The translations under genes were made by a program, and so were the position numbers. From Solirubrobacterales bacterium (GTDB taxonomy: Bacteria > Actinomycetota > Thermoleophilia > Solirubrobacterales > 70-9), in contig JAWKKC010000006.1 in NCBI GenBank assembly GCA_041393445.1, forward strand, positions 29,876 to 93,875: 64,000 bases of DNA, written 5' to 3'. Under the pieces are notes generated by a model that ran no database searches, was not told the DNA's origin, and worked only from the letters and a program-made list of their open reading frames with translations. Positions 47,062 through 57,200 of this stretch are shown in pieces (the first letter of the stretch is position 1; each line of letters opens with the position of its first letter).

Positions 47062-47643
47062 GTGAAGACACTGTTGGTCGACAATTACGATTCGTTCACC
47101 TACAACCTCTTCCAGTTGCTCTGGGAGGTGAACGGGGCCGAGCCGACCGTGGTGCGCAACGACGAGGCGACCTGGGAGGAGCTGGCGGCGCGGGAAGTCG
47201 ACGCGGTGGTGATCTCGCCCGGGCCGGGCCGCCCCGACCGTCGCCGCGACTTCGGCCTCTGCGCCGAGGCGATCCGCCGCTGCGAGCTGCCGCTGCTGGG
47301 AGTCTGCCTCGGCCACCAGGGGATCGGTTGGGTTCACGGTGGCGAGGTGACGGCTGCGCCCGAGCCGATGCACGGCCGCATCGACCCGATCGTCCATCGC
47401 GGCGCGCCGCTCTTCGCCGGGATCCCAAGCGGCTTCGGCGCGGTCCGCTACCACTCGCTCTGCCTGGCCCGGCCCCTGCCCGCCTGCCTCGAGGAGATCG
47501 CCTCCAGCGGCGACGGCGTGCCGATGGCGCTCGCCCACCGCAGCCGCCCCCAGTGGGGCGTCCAGTTCCACCCCGAGTCGGTCGCCACCGAGCACGGCCG
47601 CCGCCTGCTCGAGAACTTCCGCGACCTCACCCTCCGGCCATGA
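47062..47643 (+). CDS. pabA: Glutamine amidotransferase component (PabA/TrpG type)
   Basis: LLVDNYDSFTYNL, GVCLGHQ (Cys nucleophile) and VQFHPES. GTG 47062 or ATG 47020 is the start. ATGA overlap with the next gene. Confidence 0.85.
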   Translation: MKTLLVDNYDSFTYNLFQLLWEVNGAEPTVVRNDEATWEELAAREVDAVVISPGPGRPDRRRDFGLCAEAIRRCELPLLGVCLGHQGIGWVHGGEVTAAPEPMHGRIDPIVHRGAPLFAGIPSGFGAVRYHSLCLARPLPACLEEIASSGDGVPMALAHRSRPQWGVQFHPESVATEHGRRLLENFRDLTLRP

Positions 47644-49112
47644 AGCTGCAGGTGCGCAGGCTGGAGGCGCTGCCCGATCCCGAGCAGGCGTTCGCGGCGC
47701 TCTACGGGGAAAGCGAGGATGCCTTCTGGCTCGATAGCGCCCGGTCGGGCGAAGGGGTGCGGTTCTCCTTCATGGGCGATGCCTCCGGGCCCCTGGCCTC
47801 GGTGATCGCCTACGACGTCACCGCCGGGGAGGCGAGGATCGCGCGCCGCAGCGGCACCGAGACGACCTCGGGCCCGCTGCTGGACCTGCTCGGGCGCGAG
47901 CGGAGCCGGCTGGTGCCGGCCGAGCCGGCCGAGCTGCCGTTCGGGTTCGACTGCGGTCCGGTCGGCTACCTCGGCTACGAGCTGAAGGCCGAGCTGGGCG
48001 GCGATGCCGTCCACCGCTCGACCCACCCGGACGCCGCCTTCGTGGTTGCCGACCGGATGCTCGCCTTCGACCACGAGGCAGGTCGCACCTACCTGCTCTG
48101 CCTGGTCGCCGGCGATGGCGAAGCCGAGGCCGGGGAGTGGCTGCGGGACACCGCCGCCGGGCTCGAGGCCCTTGCCGCGGACGGCGCCGGCGCCGGCCGC
48201 CGCATCGGCGCCCCGGTGGGGGCCGAAATCGGCCGCCGGGCGAGCCCGCGGCTGGCCCGGGACCGCGCGCGCTACCTGGCGGACATCGCGGCCTGCCGGG
48301 AGGCGCTGCTGGAGGGGGAGAGCTACGAGATCTGCCTGACCAACCAGGTCGAGTTGGAGGTCGAGGCGGACCCGCTCGACCTCTACCGGCGCCTGCGGCG
48401 TGCCAACCCGGCCCCCTTCGCCGCCTACCTGCGGTTCGGCGAGCTGGCCGTGCTCAGCTCCTCGCCGGAGCGCTTCCTCGCCGTCGGTCGGGATGGCCGG
48501 GTCGAGGCGAAGCCGATCAAGGGCACCAGCCGCCGGGACCCCGAGCCGGCGATCGACGCGATGCTGGCCGCCCGGCTCGCCGCCGACGAGAAGAGCCGGG
48601 CCGAGAACCTGATGATCGCCGACCTGCTGCGCAACGACCTCGGCGTCGTCTGCGAGCCCGGCAGCGTCGAGGTGCCGGCGCTGAGCGCGGTCGAGAGCTA
48701 CGAGACCGTCCACCAGCTGGTCACCACGGTGCGCGGCCGGCTGCGCCGGGGGCTGGGGGCGACCGACGCGGTCGCCGCCTGCTTTCCCCCCGGTTCGATG
48801 ACCGGGGCCCCGAAGCGGCGGACGATGGAGATCATCGACAGGCTCGAGGAAGCACCCCGCGGCGTCTACTCGGGCGCGATCGGGTATCTCGGGCTCGGCG
48901 GCGGTTGCGACCTCGCGGTGGCGATCCGCACCATCGTCCTCGCCGGGGGTCGTGCCACGATCGGCACAGGCGGCGCGATCGTGCTCCAGTCCGACCCCGA
49001 AGCCGAGTACGAGGAGATGCTGCTGAAGGCCGCGGCACCGCTCCGGGCGCTTGATCTCGAAGCCGCTTGCCGGCTCGAGCTCGAGACGATGCCGTTGCGC
49101 CTGGAGGGTTAA
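47640..49112 (+). CDS. pabB: Aminodeoxychorismate synthase component I (chorismate-binding enzyme)
   Basis: 490 aa with SSPERFL, KPIKGT, ENLMIADLLRND, PPGSMTGAPK and GVYSGAIGY. The Pab (rather than Trp) assignment rests on the neighbouring ADC-lyase-like gene. Confidence 0.82.
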   Translation: MKLQVRRLEALPDPEQAFAALYGESEDAFWLDSARSGEGVRFSFMGDASGPLASVIAYDVTAGEARIARRSGTETTSGPLLDLLGRERSRLVPAEPAELPFGFDCGPVGYLGYELKAELGGDAVHRSTHPDAAFVVADRMLAFDHEAGRTYLLCLVAGDGEAEAGEWLRDTAAGLEALAADGAGAGRRIGAPVGAEIGRRASPRLARDRARYLADIAACREALLEGESYEICLTNQVELEVEADPLDLYRRLRRANPAPFAAYLRFGELAVLSSSPERFLAVGRDGRVEAKPIKGTSRRDPEPAIDAMLAARLAADEKSRAENLMIADLLRNDLGVVCEPGSVEVPALSAVESYETVHQLVTTVRGRLRRGLGATDAVAACFPPGSMTGAPKRRTMEIIDRLEEAPRGVYSGAIGYLGLGGGCDLAVAIRTIVLAGGRATIGTGGAIVLQSDPEAEYEEMLLKAAAPLRALDLEAACRLELETMPLRLEG

Positions 49113-49149
49113 CCTTGGAACCCGTCGCAAACCTGACCAGGCAGGAGAA

Positions 49150-50361
49150 ATGGCCGTAGACACCGCCGCATACCGCGAACAGACCGAGGACCAGCAGGCG
49201 ATCACCGAGATGGTCCGGCAGTTCGCGGACGAGCAGATCATCCCCAACGCCGAGCACTACGACCACGAGGACAGCTTCCCGGAGCCGATCGTCGAGCAGA
49301 TGAAGGAGCTCGGCCTGTTCGGGGTGACGATCCCCGAAGAGTACGGCGGCATGGGGCTCGACCTGACCACCTACGCGATGATCGTCGAAGAGCTCTCGCG
49401 CGGCTGGATCTCGATCTCCGGCGTCGTCAACACCCACTTCATCGGCTCCTACCTGCTGATGAAGTTCGGCACCGAGGAGCAGAAGCAGTACTTCCTGCCG
49501 AAGATGGCGACCGGCGAGATCCGCGCCGCCTTCTCGCTGTCGGAGCCCGAGGTCGGCTCCGACGTGCAGGGGATCAAGGCGACCGCCAAGCGGGACGGGG
49601 ACGGCGACTGGGAGCTGAACGGCCAGAAGATGTGGGTGACCAACGGGCTCGGCTCGGGCGTCGTCTTCGTGCTGATGAAGACGGACCCGAGCGCCGAGCC
49701 GGCCTACAAGGGGATGACCTGCTTCATCACCGAGAAGGAGCCCTGGAAGGAAGTCAACGAGGGCGACTTCGCCGGGCTGACGATCCCGCCGAAGATCAAG
49801 AAGATGGGCTACAAGGGGGTCGAGTCGACCGAGCTCGTCTACGACGGCTACAAGTGCCCGCCGGAGCGCGTGCTGGGCGGCGAGGCGGGGGTCGGCGAGG
49901 GTTTCGTGCAGATGATGGACGCGCTCGAGGTGGGTCGCGTCAACGTCGCCGCCCGCGGCGTCGGGATCGCCCAGCGCGCCCTCGAGCTCGCCCTCCGCTA
50001 CAGCCAGGAGCGCAAGACCTTCGGCAAGCCGATCGCCAAGCACCAGGCGATCCAGTTCAAGCTCGCCGACATGGCGACCAAGGTCGAGGCGGCCCGCCTC
50101 GTCACCCGCAAAGCGGCGCGGATGAAGGACGCCGGCGAGCGCTCCGACCTGGAGGCCGGGATGGCCAAGCTGCTCGCCTCGGAGACCGGCAAGGAGTGCG
50201 TCGAGGAGTGCTTCCGGATCCACGGCGGCTACGGCTACTCGAAGGAGTACGAGATCGAGCGCCTCTACCGCGACGCGCCGCTGCTGCTGATCGGCGAGGG
50301 GACCTCCGAGATCCAGCGCATGGTGATCGGCAAAAAGCTGCTGCAGAGGCACAAGATCTAG
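49150..50361 (+). CDS. Acyl-CoA dehydrogenase
   Basis: AGGAGAAA SD. 403 aa with AFSLSEPEVGSD, KMWVTNG, QERKTFGKPIAKHQAIQFKLADM and LIGEGTSEIQ. Confidence 0.9.
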   Translation: MAVDTAAYREQTEDQQAITEMVRQFADEQIIPNAEHYDHEDSFPEPIVEQMKELGLFGVTIPEEYGGMGLDLTTYAMIVEELSRGWISISGVVNTHFIGSYLLMKFGTEEQKQYFLPKMATGEIRAAFSLSEPEVGSDVQGIKATAKRDGDGDWELNGQKMWVTNGLGSGVVFVLMKTDPSAEPAYKGMTCFITEKEPWKEVNEGDFAGLTIPPKIKKMGYKGVESTELVYDGYKCPPERVLGGEAGVGEGFVQMMDALEVGRVNVAARGVGIAQRALELALRYSQERKTFGKPIAKHQAIQFKLADMATKVEAARLVTRKAARMKDAGERSDLEAGMAKLLASETGKECVEECFRIHGGYGYSKEYEIERLYRDAPLLLIGEGTSEIQRMVIGKKLLQRHKI

Positions 50362-50380
50362 ATGGGGCGCGGCTAGCCGC

Positions 50381-50743
50381 ATGGCGTCCACCACGGCCCT
50401 GATCGAGACCGCGGTCGAGCGGTTCCAGGCCGAAGTCCCCGCCCTGCAGAAACTGAAGCTGGTCTTCGGCCTGGAGCTGCGCGCCAAGCACGACGTCCAG
50501 CTCTACCGGGTCGAGCTGCCCGGCCCGAAGATCAGCAAGGACCTGCGCCAGGACGAGCGGGTGCTGGTCGAAATCGACCGCGCTCACTTCAACCAGCTGG
50601 CCGAGAAGGGGACGCTGAAGAGCTACCGCAAGGCGGTCGAGACCGGGCACATCAAGGCCTCCGGCGACTCGAACGTGGCCAAGCTGATCGTCCAGGTGGT
50701 CGAGAAGCAGGAGGAACGCGCCAAGCTGCGCAAGGTGCACTAG
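50381..50743 (+). CDS. SCP2-like small protein
   Basis: 120 aa. The pattern VLVEIDRAHFNQLAEKGTLKSYRKAVETGHIKASGDSNVAKLI resembles the SCP2 C-terminal helix-strand signature. Confidence 0.5.
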   Translation: MASTTALIETAVERFQAEVPALQKLKLVFGLELRAKHDVQLYRVELPGPKISKDLRQDERVLVEIDRAHFNQLAEKGTLKSYRKAVETGHIKASGDSNVAKLIVQVVEKQEERAKLRKVH

Positions 50744-50768
50744 CGTCTCGAGGCGTGGGCTCGGGCCG

Positions 50769-51848
50769 CTAGTCGACGTCGCGCAGGATCACGTCGGCGA
50801 TCCGCTCGGCCGCATGGCCATCCCAAAGGGGTGGCGGCTCGCCCCGCCCCGCCGGGGCCGACTCGAGCGCCGTCGGTATGCCGGCGATCGCCTCCGGATC
50901 GAGCCCCAGCAGGGTGTTGGTCCCGAGGCTCATGGTCACCGGTCGCTCCGTGTTGTCGCGCAGCGTGAAGCAGGGGACGCCGAGGAAGGTCGTCTCCTCC
51001 TGGATCCCCCCGGAGTCGGTCAGCACGCCGCGGGCGTCGGCGACCAGCGAGAGGAAGTCCAGATAGCCCTGCGGCTCGGTGAGGACGAGGCCCGGGTGCT
51101 CTGACTCGACGCTCTCCATCATCTTGCGAGTTCGGGGGTGGACCGGGAAGACGACCGGGATCTCGGCCGCCAAGCCGGCCAGCCGGCGGACGGTCTCGGG
51201 CAGAAGGGGTCCGTCGACCAGCGCCGGCCGGTGCAGGGTGACGAGAACGTAGTTCCCGGGGTCGACGCCGAGGCGGCTTGCCGTCCCGGCGGCCCTGAAC
51301 CTGTCTTCGAGGGCAACCAGCGAATCGATCATCGTGTTGCCGACCATGTGCATCCGGGACTCCGGGATGCCTTCGGCGCGGAGGTTCTCGATCGCCTCCT
51401 CGCTATGGATGAAGAGCCACTCCGCGAAGCGGTCGGAGACGATTCGGTTGACCTCCTCGGGCATCGTCATGTCGAAGCTGCGCAGCCCCGACTCGATGTG
51501 GCCGACCGGGATTCCCAGCTTCACCGCGGTCAGGGAGGCGGCGAGCGTCGAGTTGACGTCGCCGGGCGCGATCACCAGGTCCGGCTGCTCCTCCAGCAGG
51601 ACCGGCTCCAGCCGCTCCATCGTGCGCGCGGTCTGCACCGCGTGGGTGCCGGAGCCGACCCGCAGCATGTGATCGGGCGCCGGCACGCCGAGCTCCTCGA
51701 GGAAGATCTCCGACATCAACTTGTCGTAGTGCTGGCCGGTGTGGACGATCGCGTGCCTTCCCTCCGGGAGCCGTTCCCGCAGGGCCGCGAACACCGGTGC
51801 CGTCTTGACGAAGTTCGGCCGGGTCCCGACCACGTAGAGGATTCGCAT
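50769..51848 (-). CDS. wecB: UDP-N-acetylglucosamine 2-epimerase (non-hydrolysing)
   Basis: 359 aa with VGTRPNFVKTAPV, HTGQHYD, VLTDSGGIQEE and GTN motifs. Confidence 0.9.
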   Translation of the reverse strand: MRILYVVGTRPNFVKTAPVFAALRERLPEGRHAIVHTGQHYDKLMSEIFLEELGVPAPDHMLRVGSGTHAVQTARTMERLEPVLLEEQPDLVIAPGDVNSTLAASLTAVKLGIPVGHIESGLRSFDMTMPEEVNRIVSDRFAEWLFIHSEEAIENLRAEGIPESRMHMVGNTMIDSLVALEDRFRAAGTASRLGVDPGNYVLVTLHRPALVDGPLLPETVRRLAGLAAEIPVVFPVHPRTRKMMESVESEHPGLVLTEPQGYLDFLSLVADARGVLTDSGGIQEETTFLGVPCFTLRDNTERPVTMSLGTNTLLGLDPEAIAGIPTALESAPAGRGEPPPLWDGHAAERIADVILRDVD

Positions 51849-51853
51849 CGGCC

Positions 51854-53101
51854 TCAGAGGCGCTCGACGTTCTCTGCCTCGATGCCGCGGGTGACCCCGC
51901 GTAAGTCGAGCACCTGGCTGGCTTCGAGAGCGACCTGCCCGTAGTCGATCCCGGGGTGGGCGGTGACGATCACCACGATGTCGGCGGCGGGGACCGCGGA
52001 CGCGAGCTCCACCGAGGCGAGCCCCTCCTTCGTCAGCTCCGGGACGAACGGGTCGTGGTAGGAGATATCGGCCTCGAGGACGTCGAGCAGGCGGATCATC
52101 TTCAGCGCCGGCGACTCGCGGATATCGCCGCTGCCGGCCTTGTAGCTCGCTCCGAGGACGAGGACCTTCGACCCCTTGACCGCCTTGCCGGCGGCGTTGA
52201 GGGAGCGCTCGATCCGCTCCACGCAGAAGGCTGGCTGGGCCTGGTTGACTTTGCCCGCCAACTCGATGAACTCCGGATAGAAGTCGTGCTCGCGGGCCTT
52301 GAAGGCGAGGTAGAAGGGATCGACCGGCAGGCAGTGGCCGCCCATGCCGGGGCCGGGCTCGAACCGCATGAAGCCGAACGGCTTGGTCGAGGCGGCGTCG
52401 ATCACCTCCCAGACGTCGATCTCGAGGCGGTGGCAGAGCTGTGCGAGCTCGTTGACGAGGGCGATGTTCACCGAGCGGAAGATGTTCTCGAGCAGCTTCG
52501 AGAGCTCGGCTGCCTCCGGTGAAGAGAGGACGACGACGGTGTCGCAGATCTCCGCGTACAGCTGCCGAGCCCGCTCGGCGCAGGAGGCGGTCATGCCGCC
52601 GACCAGCTTCGGCGTGGTGCGCACGGTGAAGTCGGTGCGGCCGGGGTCGATCCGCTCCGGGGAGAAGGCGAGGTGGAAGTCCTCGCCGGCCTTCATGCCC
52701 GACGCCTCGAGGATCGGCGCCACCCGCTCCCGGGTCGTGCCCGGATAGGTGGTCGACTCCAGGACGACCAGCTGGCCGGGTTGCAGGACCTGGGCCACCG
52801 ACTCGGCGGAATCGACCAGGTAGTTGAGGTCAGGTGCCCGGGCGCTGGTCAGCGGGGTCGGCACGCAGATGACCACCGCCTCGCAGGAGGCCAGGTCGGC
52901 GTGCCTGGAAGTCGGGTGGAGGCGGTCCTCGATCGCCGCCAGGGTCGCGTCGTCGATGTCGTCGATGTAGCTGGAGCTGCGCTTCAGCGCCTCGACCTTG
53001 GACCCGTCGACGTCGAAGCAGACGACGTCGTGAGACGCTTCGCCGAAGGCCACCGCGAGGGGCAGCCCGACGTATCCGAGGCCGACGATTCCGATCTTCA
53101 T
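51854..53101 (-). CDS. Nucleotide-sugar 6-dehydrogenase (UDP-ManNAc/UDP-GlcNAc dehydrogenase-like)
   Basis: MKIGIVGLGYVGLPLA Rossmann start, GGHCLPVDP catalytic Cys and 415 aa. It lies 5 nt downstream of wecB, which suggests a WecC-like role. Confidence 0.85.
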   Translation of the reverse strand: MKIGIVGLGYVGLPLAVAFGEASHDVVCFDVDGSKVEALKRSSSYIDDIDDATLAAIEDRLHPTSRHADLASCEAVVICVPTPLTSARAPDLNYLVDSAESVAQVLQPGQLVVLESTTYPGTTRERVAPILEASGMKAGEDFHLAFSPERIDPGRTDFTVRTTPKLVGGMTASCAERARQLYAEICDTVVVLSSPEAAELSKLLENIFRSVNIALVNELAQLCHRLEIDVWEVIDAASTKPFGFMRFEPGPGMGGHCLPVDPFYLAFKAREHDFYPEFIELAGKVNQAQPAFCVERIERSLNAAGKAVKGSKVLVLGASYKAGSGDIRESPALKMIRLLDVLEADISYHDPFVPELTKEGLASVELASAVPAADIVVIVTAHPGIDYGQVALEASQVLDLRGVTRGIEAENVERL

Positions 53102-53186
53102 CGGCCGAGAGTCTAGATATCAGCGCCGGACACCAGGCTGGGGATACGATCCGGCGCCGAAACGACAGGAGGGATCGATCGCCGAC

Positions 53187-53708
53187 ATGAGCGAGCAGAG
53201 AAACGAGTTCACCACCAACCAGGCCGAGCGAGAGGCAAGCGGCGCCCACAGCTACGGGCGCTACCTCGAGGAGTTCGAGGTCGGGGCGGTCTACCGGCAC
53301 TGGCCCGCGAAGACCGTGACCGAGGCCGACGATCACCTCTTCTGCCTGATCACGATGAACCACCACCCGCTGCACATCAACGACGTCTACGCGAGCGAGT
53401 CGCAGCAGGGGAGGAACGTCGTGGTCGGCCCCCTGGTCTACTCGCTGGCACTGGGCATGTCGGTCTCCGACGTCTCGGGCAAGGCGATCGCCAACCTCGC
53501 CACCGAGGAGCTCAGCCACCCCAACCCGGTCTTTCACGGCGACACCCTGTTCTGCGAGACCGAGGTGCTCGACGTGAAGCCGTCGAGCTCCAAGCCCGAC
53601 CGCGGGGTGGTCAAGGTCCACACCCGGGTGCTCAACCAGGACGGCGTCCTGGTCGCCGAGTTCAAGCGTCTCGTGCTGGTGCCGCGGCGGCCGGGCGGCT
53701 CAGAGTAG
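53187..53708 (+). CDS. MaoC-like single hot-dog hydratase
   Basis: 173 aa with FCLITMNHHPLHIND and PVFHGDTL motifs. Confidence 0.78.
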   Translation: MSEQRNEFTTNQAEREASGAHSYGRYLEEFEVGAVYRHWPAKTVTEADDHLFCLITMNHHPLHINDVYASESQQGRNVVVGPLVYSLALGMSVSDVSGKAIANLATEELSHPNPVFHGDTLFCETEVLDVKPSSSKPDRGVVKVHTRVLNQDGVLVAEFKRLVLVPRRPGGSE

Positions 53709-54770
53709 GCGGCGGGCCAGCAGTCGTCGCAGCGGCGCCACCCGCAGCGCCGCGCCGGCTCCGGCCGCCATCGCCGTGCCCAGCGGCCCCTTGCCGACCA
53801 GACGGGTCTCGAGGCCGTCGTCGGCATCGGCGAAGCGCTCCTTGTAGGGCTCGTCGCCGCGCAGGAACGCGTAGGACTCCAGGCCGTCCTCGAAGGCGGC
53901 TTGGAGGGTCCTGGCGAGCATCAGGAACCCGACCGAGAGGCGGTCGTACGCCGGATCGCGGCCCGCCTGGTAGTACGCTTCGATCCGCTCGAACCGGAAG
54001 CCGTACCAGCACGCCGCCGGCTCGCCGTCCAGGGTCATCGTCCAGAGTCGCAGTCGCCCGGTCGCGAGGAAGGCTGCCGCCAGGTCCCGGTGAAAGGCGA
54101 CGTTGGCGGGCGCCCCGAAGCTGGTTCCCGCGCCCCAACGGGCCCGGTGCAGGCGAAACAGGGTGTCGAGGTCGGGCTCGAGCTCCTCCGGGCTCTCGCA
54201 GAGCCGGTACTCGACCCGGTGCTCGCGGCCCGCTCGCCGCTCGCTGCGACGAAGCTTTTCGCGCAGGTTGCGGCTGCGGCTGGACACGAAGTCCTCCCAG
54301 CTGCGTCCGCCGACCGTCAGCCGCGGGTTGGCCTCGCTCAGCAGCAGCCGCCCGCCCAGGCCGGCGGCGACCGCTCCGCCCGAGAGCCGCTCGCCGACCA
54401 GCAGCGACGCCGACCCGGGGCGCCCGAGCGCGCCGCGCAATGCCGCCGCCGCGGCGGCGGCATCGGCGGGGTCGCAGACCGGGCCGAGGACGTCGGCGGG
54501 CCCGTGGCCGAGCAGGCGGAGGATGCGGAGCGGGCCGCGGCGCACGGTGTGGAGAGGGAGGATCGCGAAAGGCTCGCCACCGGGCCGCCGGCACTCCGCG
54601 AAGGCGGGTTCGGTGCCGCCGCCGAAATGCCGCCACCAGACCTGCGCCCACTCCCAGGTGGCGAAGACGTTCCGTGACCGCCTGGCGAGGCGCTGCCAGA
54701 GCTCGCGGCGGCTCTCGAGGTCGGTGAACCAGGCCAGCTCGACCGCATCCGGGCTCGGCGCGGCGGTCAT
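53700..54770 (-). CDS. GNAT-fold acyltransferase of the CelD/BcsL (Acetyltransf_6) type
   Basis: 356 aa with NVFATWEWAQVWWRHF near the N-terminus and AYYQAGRDPAYDRLSVGFLML...FLRGDEPYKERF in the C-terminal GNAT domain. Confidence 0.7.
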   Translation of the reverse strand: MTAAPSPDAVELAWFTDLESRRELWQRLARRSRNVFATWEWAQVWWRHFGGGTEPAFAECRRPGGEPFAILPLHTVRRGPLRILRLLGHGPADVLGPVCDPADAAAAAAALRGALGRPGSASLLVGERLSGGAVAAGLGGRLLLSEANPRLTVGGRSWEDFVSSRSRNLREKLRRSERRAGREHRVEYRLCESPEELEPDLDTLFRLHRARWGAGTSFGAPANVAFHRDLAAAFLATGRLRLWTMTLDGEPAACWYGFRFERIEAYYQAGRDPAYDRLSVGFLMLARTLQAAFEDGLESYAFLRGDEPYKERFADADDGLETRLVGKGPLGTAMAAGAGAALRVAPLRRLLARRLL

Positions 54771-56044
54771 CGCGTGGCCGCGGCGACGGCGTCGTTGCGG
54801 GCGAGTCGGGAGGCGACGGCGGCAACGGTGCCGGCCTCGATCGTGCCGACCCCCGAGGCGACCGCGGCGACGGCGACCACGCCGGCGAAGGTCGCGACCC
54901 CGCCCGCCAGGATCAGTTGCAGGACGAGGGCGATCGCGAAGATCAACGCAAGCAGCCGGTAGCGCTTCTGGGTCATCAGAAGGCTTGGCCCCGGCACGGT
55001 GAGATAGTTAACCAGAGCGGGGACCAGCATGACCTGGAAAACGGGTACGGAATCGGGGTAGCGGCCGCCGTCGAGGACCGGGATCAACAGGGGCGCGAGG
55101 ATCGCCGCCGCGCCGACGATCAGCGTCACCGGCAACGCCGCTCGCTTGACCCAGCTGCCCAGCAGGTTGGCCTGGGCGTGGCCGGAGTCGACCAGGTCAT
55201 GCTGGGCGGTCCGCACCCGCATCACCGCGATCAGGGCGGGCATCGGGCCGAGCACGATCGCGAGGTAGCGCAGGGCCGCGCCGTAGCTGGAGACCGCGGC
55301 GTCGTCGAGGAAGGCGGCGACGATGAAGATGTCCGCGTACGCGAAGCCGGCCGAGGCGAGGTAGTAGAGAGTCAGCCAGGCGGACTCGCGGCCGAACTCG
55401 CCGCTCAGGGTCGCTGCGGTCGGGATCGTGAAGGCTTCCCGAACGAGCGGCGCGCAGACCACGGCGGCGACCACGAAGATCGTCGCGCTCACCGCGGCGG
55501 CGGTGAGCGGACCGCTCTCGACCAACCCAGTGAGCGCCGCGATCGCGACGACGATGACGGCGGCGCTGCGAGCGATTCCGATCATCCCGGCCCGGACGAA
55601 CTTGAGATGCGCCTGGTTGTGGTAGATCCCGAGTTCGATCGAGGCGTTGCCCGCCGTGTAGGCCGCGGTGAGGGCGACGAACAGCCAGCGGTCGGCCGTC
55701 GATCCGCCGCTGTCGACGAGCGTCACCCCCGCCAGCACCAGGGTTGAGACGCCAAGGACGAGCAGGAGGCTGGTGGTGAGCGCGAGGCCGAACCCGGTCT
55801 CTTCGGCGCGGCCGCGTGAGATTCGCTCCGCCTCGGTCCGCATGTAGCGCATGCGGATCCCGCCGGTCAGGGCGCTGCCCGCGAACTGGCCGACGTTGAG
55901 GAAGAGGACGAGGTAGGCGAAGCTGCTCACCCCGAGGGCGCGAATGAAGACGATCGTCGCCACGGCGCTGAGGCCGCGGCCGACCACGTCCAGCGTGAAG
56001 GTGGAGAGGAAGCCGCGGCGGAAGGTGGAGAGGCGTCGGTTCAC
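54767..56044 (-). CDS. Polysaccharide flippase-like MOP/Wzx-family membrane protein
   Basis: 425 aa with about 12 hydrophobic segments. 4-nt overlap with the downstream GNAT gene. Confidence 0.65.
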   Translation of the reverse strand: MNRRLSTFRRGFLSTFTLDVVGRGLSAVATIVFIRALGVSSFAYLVLFLNVGQFAGSALTGGIRMRYMRTEAERISRGRAEETGFGLALTTSLLLVLGVSTLVLAGVTLVDSGGSTADRWLFVALTAAYTAGNASIELGIYHNQAHLKFVRAGMIGIARSAAVIVVAIAALTGLVESGPLTAAAVSATIFVVAAVVCAPLVREAFTIPTAATLSGEFGRESAWLTLYYLASAGFAYADIFIVAAFLDDAAVSSYGAALRYLAIVLGPMPALIAVMRVRTAQHDLVDSGHAQANLLGSWVKRAALPVTLIVGAAAILAPLLIPVLDGGRYPDSVPVFQVMLVPALVNYLTVPGPSLLMTQKRYRLLALIFAIALVLQLILAGGVATFAGVVAVAAVASGVGTIEAGTVAAVASRLARNDAVAAATR

Positions 56045-56144
56045 CGCCGCCTCCCCGGCTGCCGCAGGATTCGGTGAGGCCTGCGCGAAGTTGGGTTTCT
56101 GACCGGGCTCAATGGCGTCATGAGGCTATGGAATACGCCCGGGC

Positions 56145-57200
56145 ATGGTCCTTCTTGATCGGATGCAAATGAACATGGCTGCAACTCTGGAGCTCGATGT
56201 CCACGAGGGTCGTGCCCCGTCCGGATGGGACGAGGGGTTGCGCGCCGTCGGCGGGGTCGTCTTCCATTGCGAGGCATGGGCCGACTACAAGGTTCGGGAG
56301 GGCGGTGGCGAACCGTTGTTCTTCGTTTGGAAGGAGGGTGCTGAGGTCGCCGGACGGGCCTTGGCGATCCGGCGCCCGGGCCGCGCCTCGCGCCTCGGGC
56401 GCCTGGCCAGCAAGGTGTCTTTCGACTCCCCGCCGGCCACGCCCGGCCGGTCCGGCGACGACTACGTCGCGCCGCTGCGGCCGTGGAGCCGCCGCAGCCC
56501 GGGGCTGGTCGAGGTGAGCCTCGGTTCCTTCGACGCGCTCGGGCCCTGGTCGCCGGCGACGCCGCCCCATTCCCGGTCCCGCTCGGAGTTCCCGCTTCCG
56601 CCGGGAGACGCCGGTGCGGTCTGGGAGGGGATGCGCAAGCTCGCCCGTCGCAAGGTCCAGCGCGCTCGCAAGGCTGACCTCGGGATCGGGGTGGCCGGTA
56701 CGGAGCGGGATTTCGCCGACTTCGTCGAGGTCTTCGCGGTGACCCAGGAGCGGCTGCGCCGGAACAAGGACTACGTTCCCGGCCACGGCTTCGAAGACGA
56801 GGTCTTCCGCGACGCCGTCGCGGGGTTGAGCGCCTCGGGGGCCGGGCGCCTCTACCTCGCTCGCGACGGCGCGCGGCTCGAAGCCGCGGTCCTCTTCGCG
56901 ACCTTCGGCGAGCGGGCGTACCTGATCCATTCCGTCGCCACCGACGCCGGCCGCGACGCCGGCGCCCCGTTTCTCGTCGTCTTCGAGGCGCTGCGGGACC
57001 TGCGCGAGTCCGGGCTCGCGACGATCAACCTCGGCGGCGCCGGCGGCGCCGCCGAGGACCCTGCTTCTCCCGACCACGGCCTCTTTCAGTTCAAGACCCG
57101 TTTCGGGGCGGCTCCCGAGCCACGGACGAGCGGCTCCCTGGTGCCGCGCCCGGGGCGCCGGCGTCTGGTCGCGGCGACGCGTAGGCTGGTCGGCCGGTGA
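56145..57200 (+). CDS. FemAB-like / GNAT-fold peptidyl- or aminoacyl-transferase family protein
   Basis: 351 aa with CEAWADYK..., RKLARRKVQRARK and YLIHSVATDAGRDAGAPFLVVFEAL...GLFQFKTRFGA, typical of FemAB/Acetyltransf_6 proteins. The start could be one of the ATGs at 56163-56175. Confidence 0.65.
   Translation: MVLLDRMQMNMAATLELDVHEGRAPSGWDEGLRAVGGVVFHCEAWADYKVREGGGEPLFFVWKEGAEVAGRALAIRRPGRASRLGRLASKVSFDSPPATPGRSGDDYVAPLRPWSRRSPGLVEVSLGSFDALGPWSPATPPHSRSRSEFPLPPGDAGAVWEGMRKLARRKVQRARKADLGIGVAGTERDFADFVEVFAVTQERLRRNKDYVPGHGFEDEVFRDAVAGLSASGAGRLYLARDGARLEAAVLFATFGERAYLIHSVATDAGRDAGAPFLVVFEALRDLRESGLATINLGGAGGAAEDPASPDHGLFQFKTRFGAAPEPRTSGSLVPRPGRRRLVAATRRLVGR

Noticed and set aside
45751-47595. 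614-aa minus-strand ORF spanning the pabC/pabA region
   Set aside because: It is Arg/Pro/Gly-rich and overlaps three genes with recognisable motifs in other frames or on the other strand.
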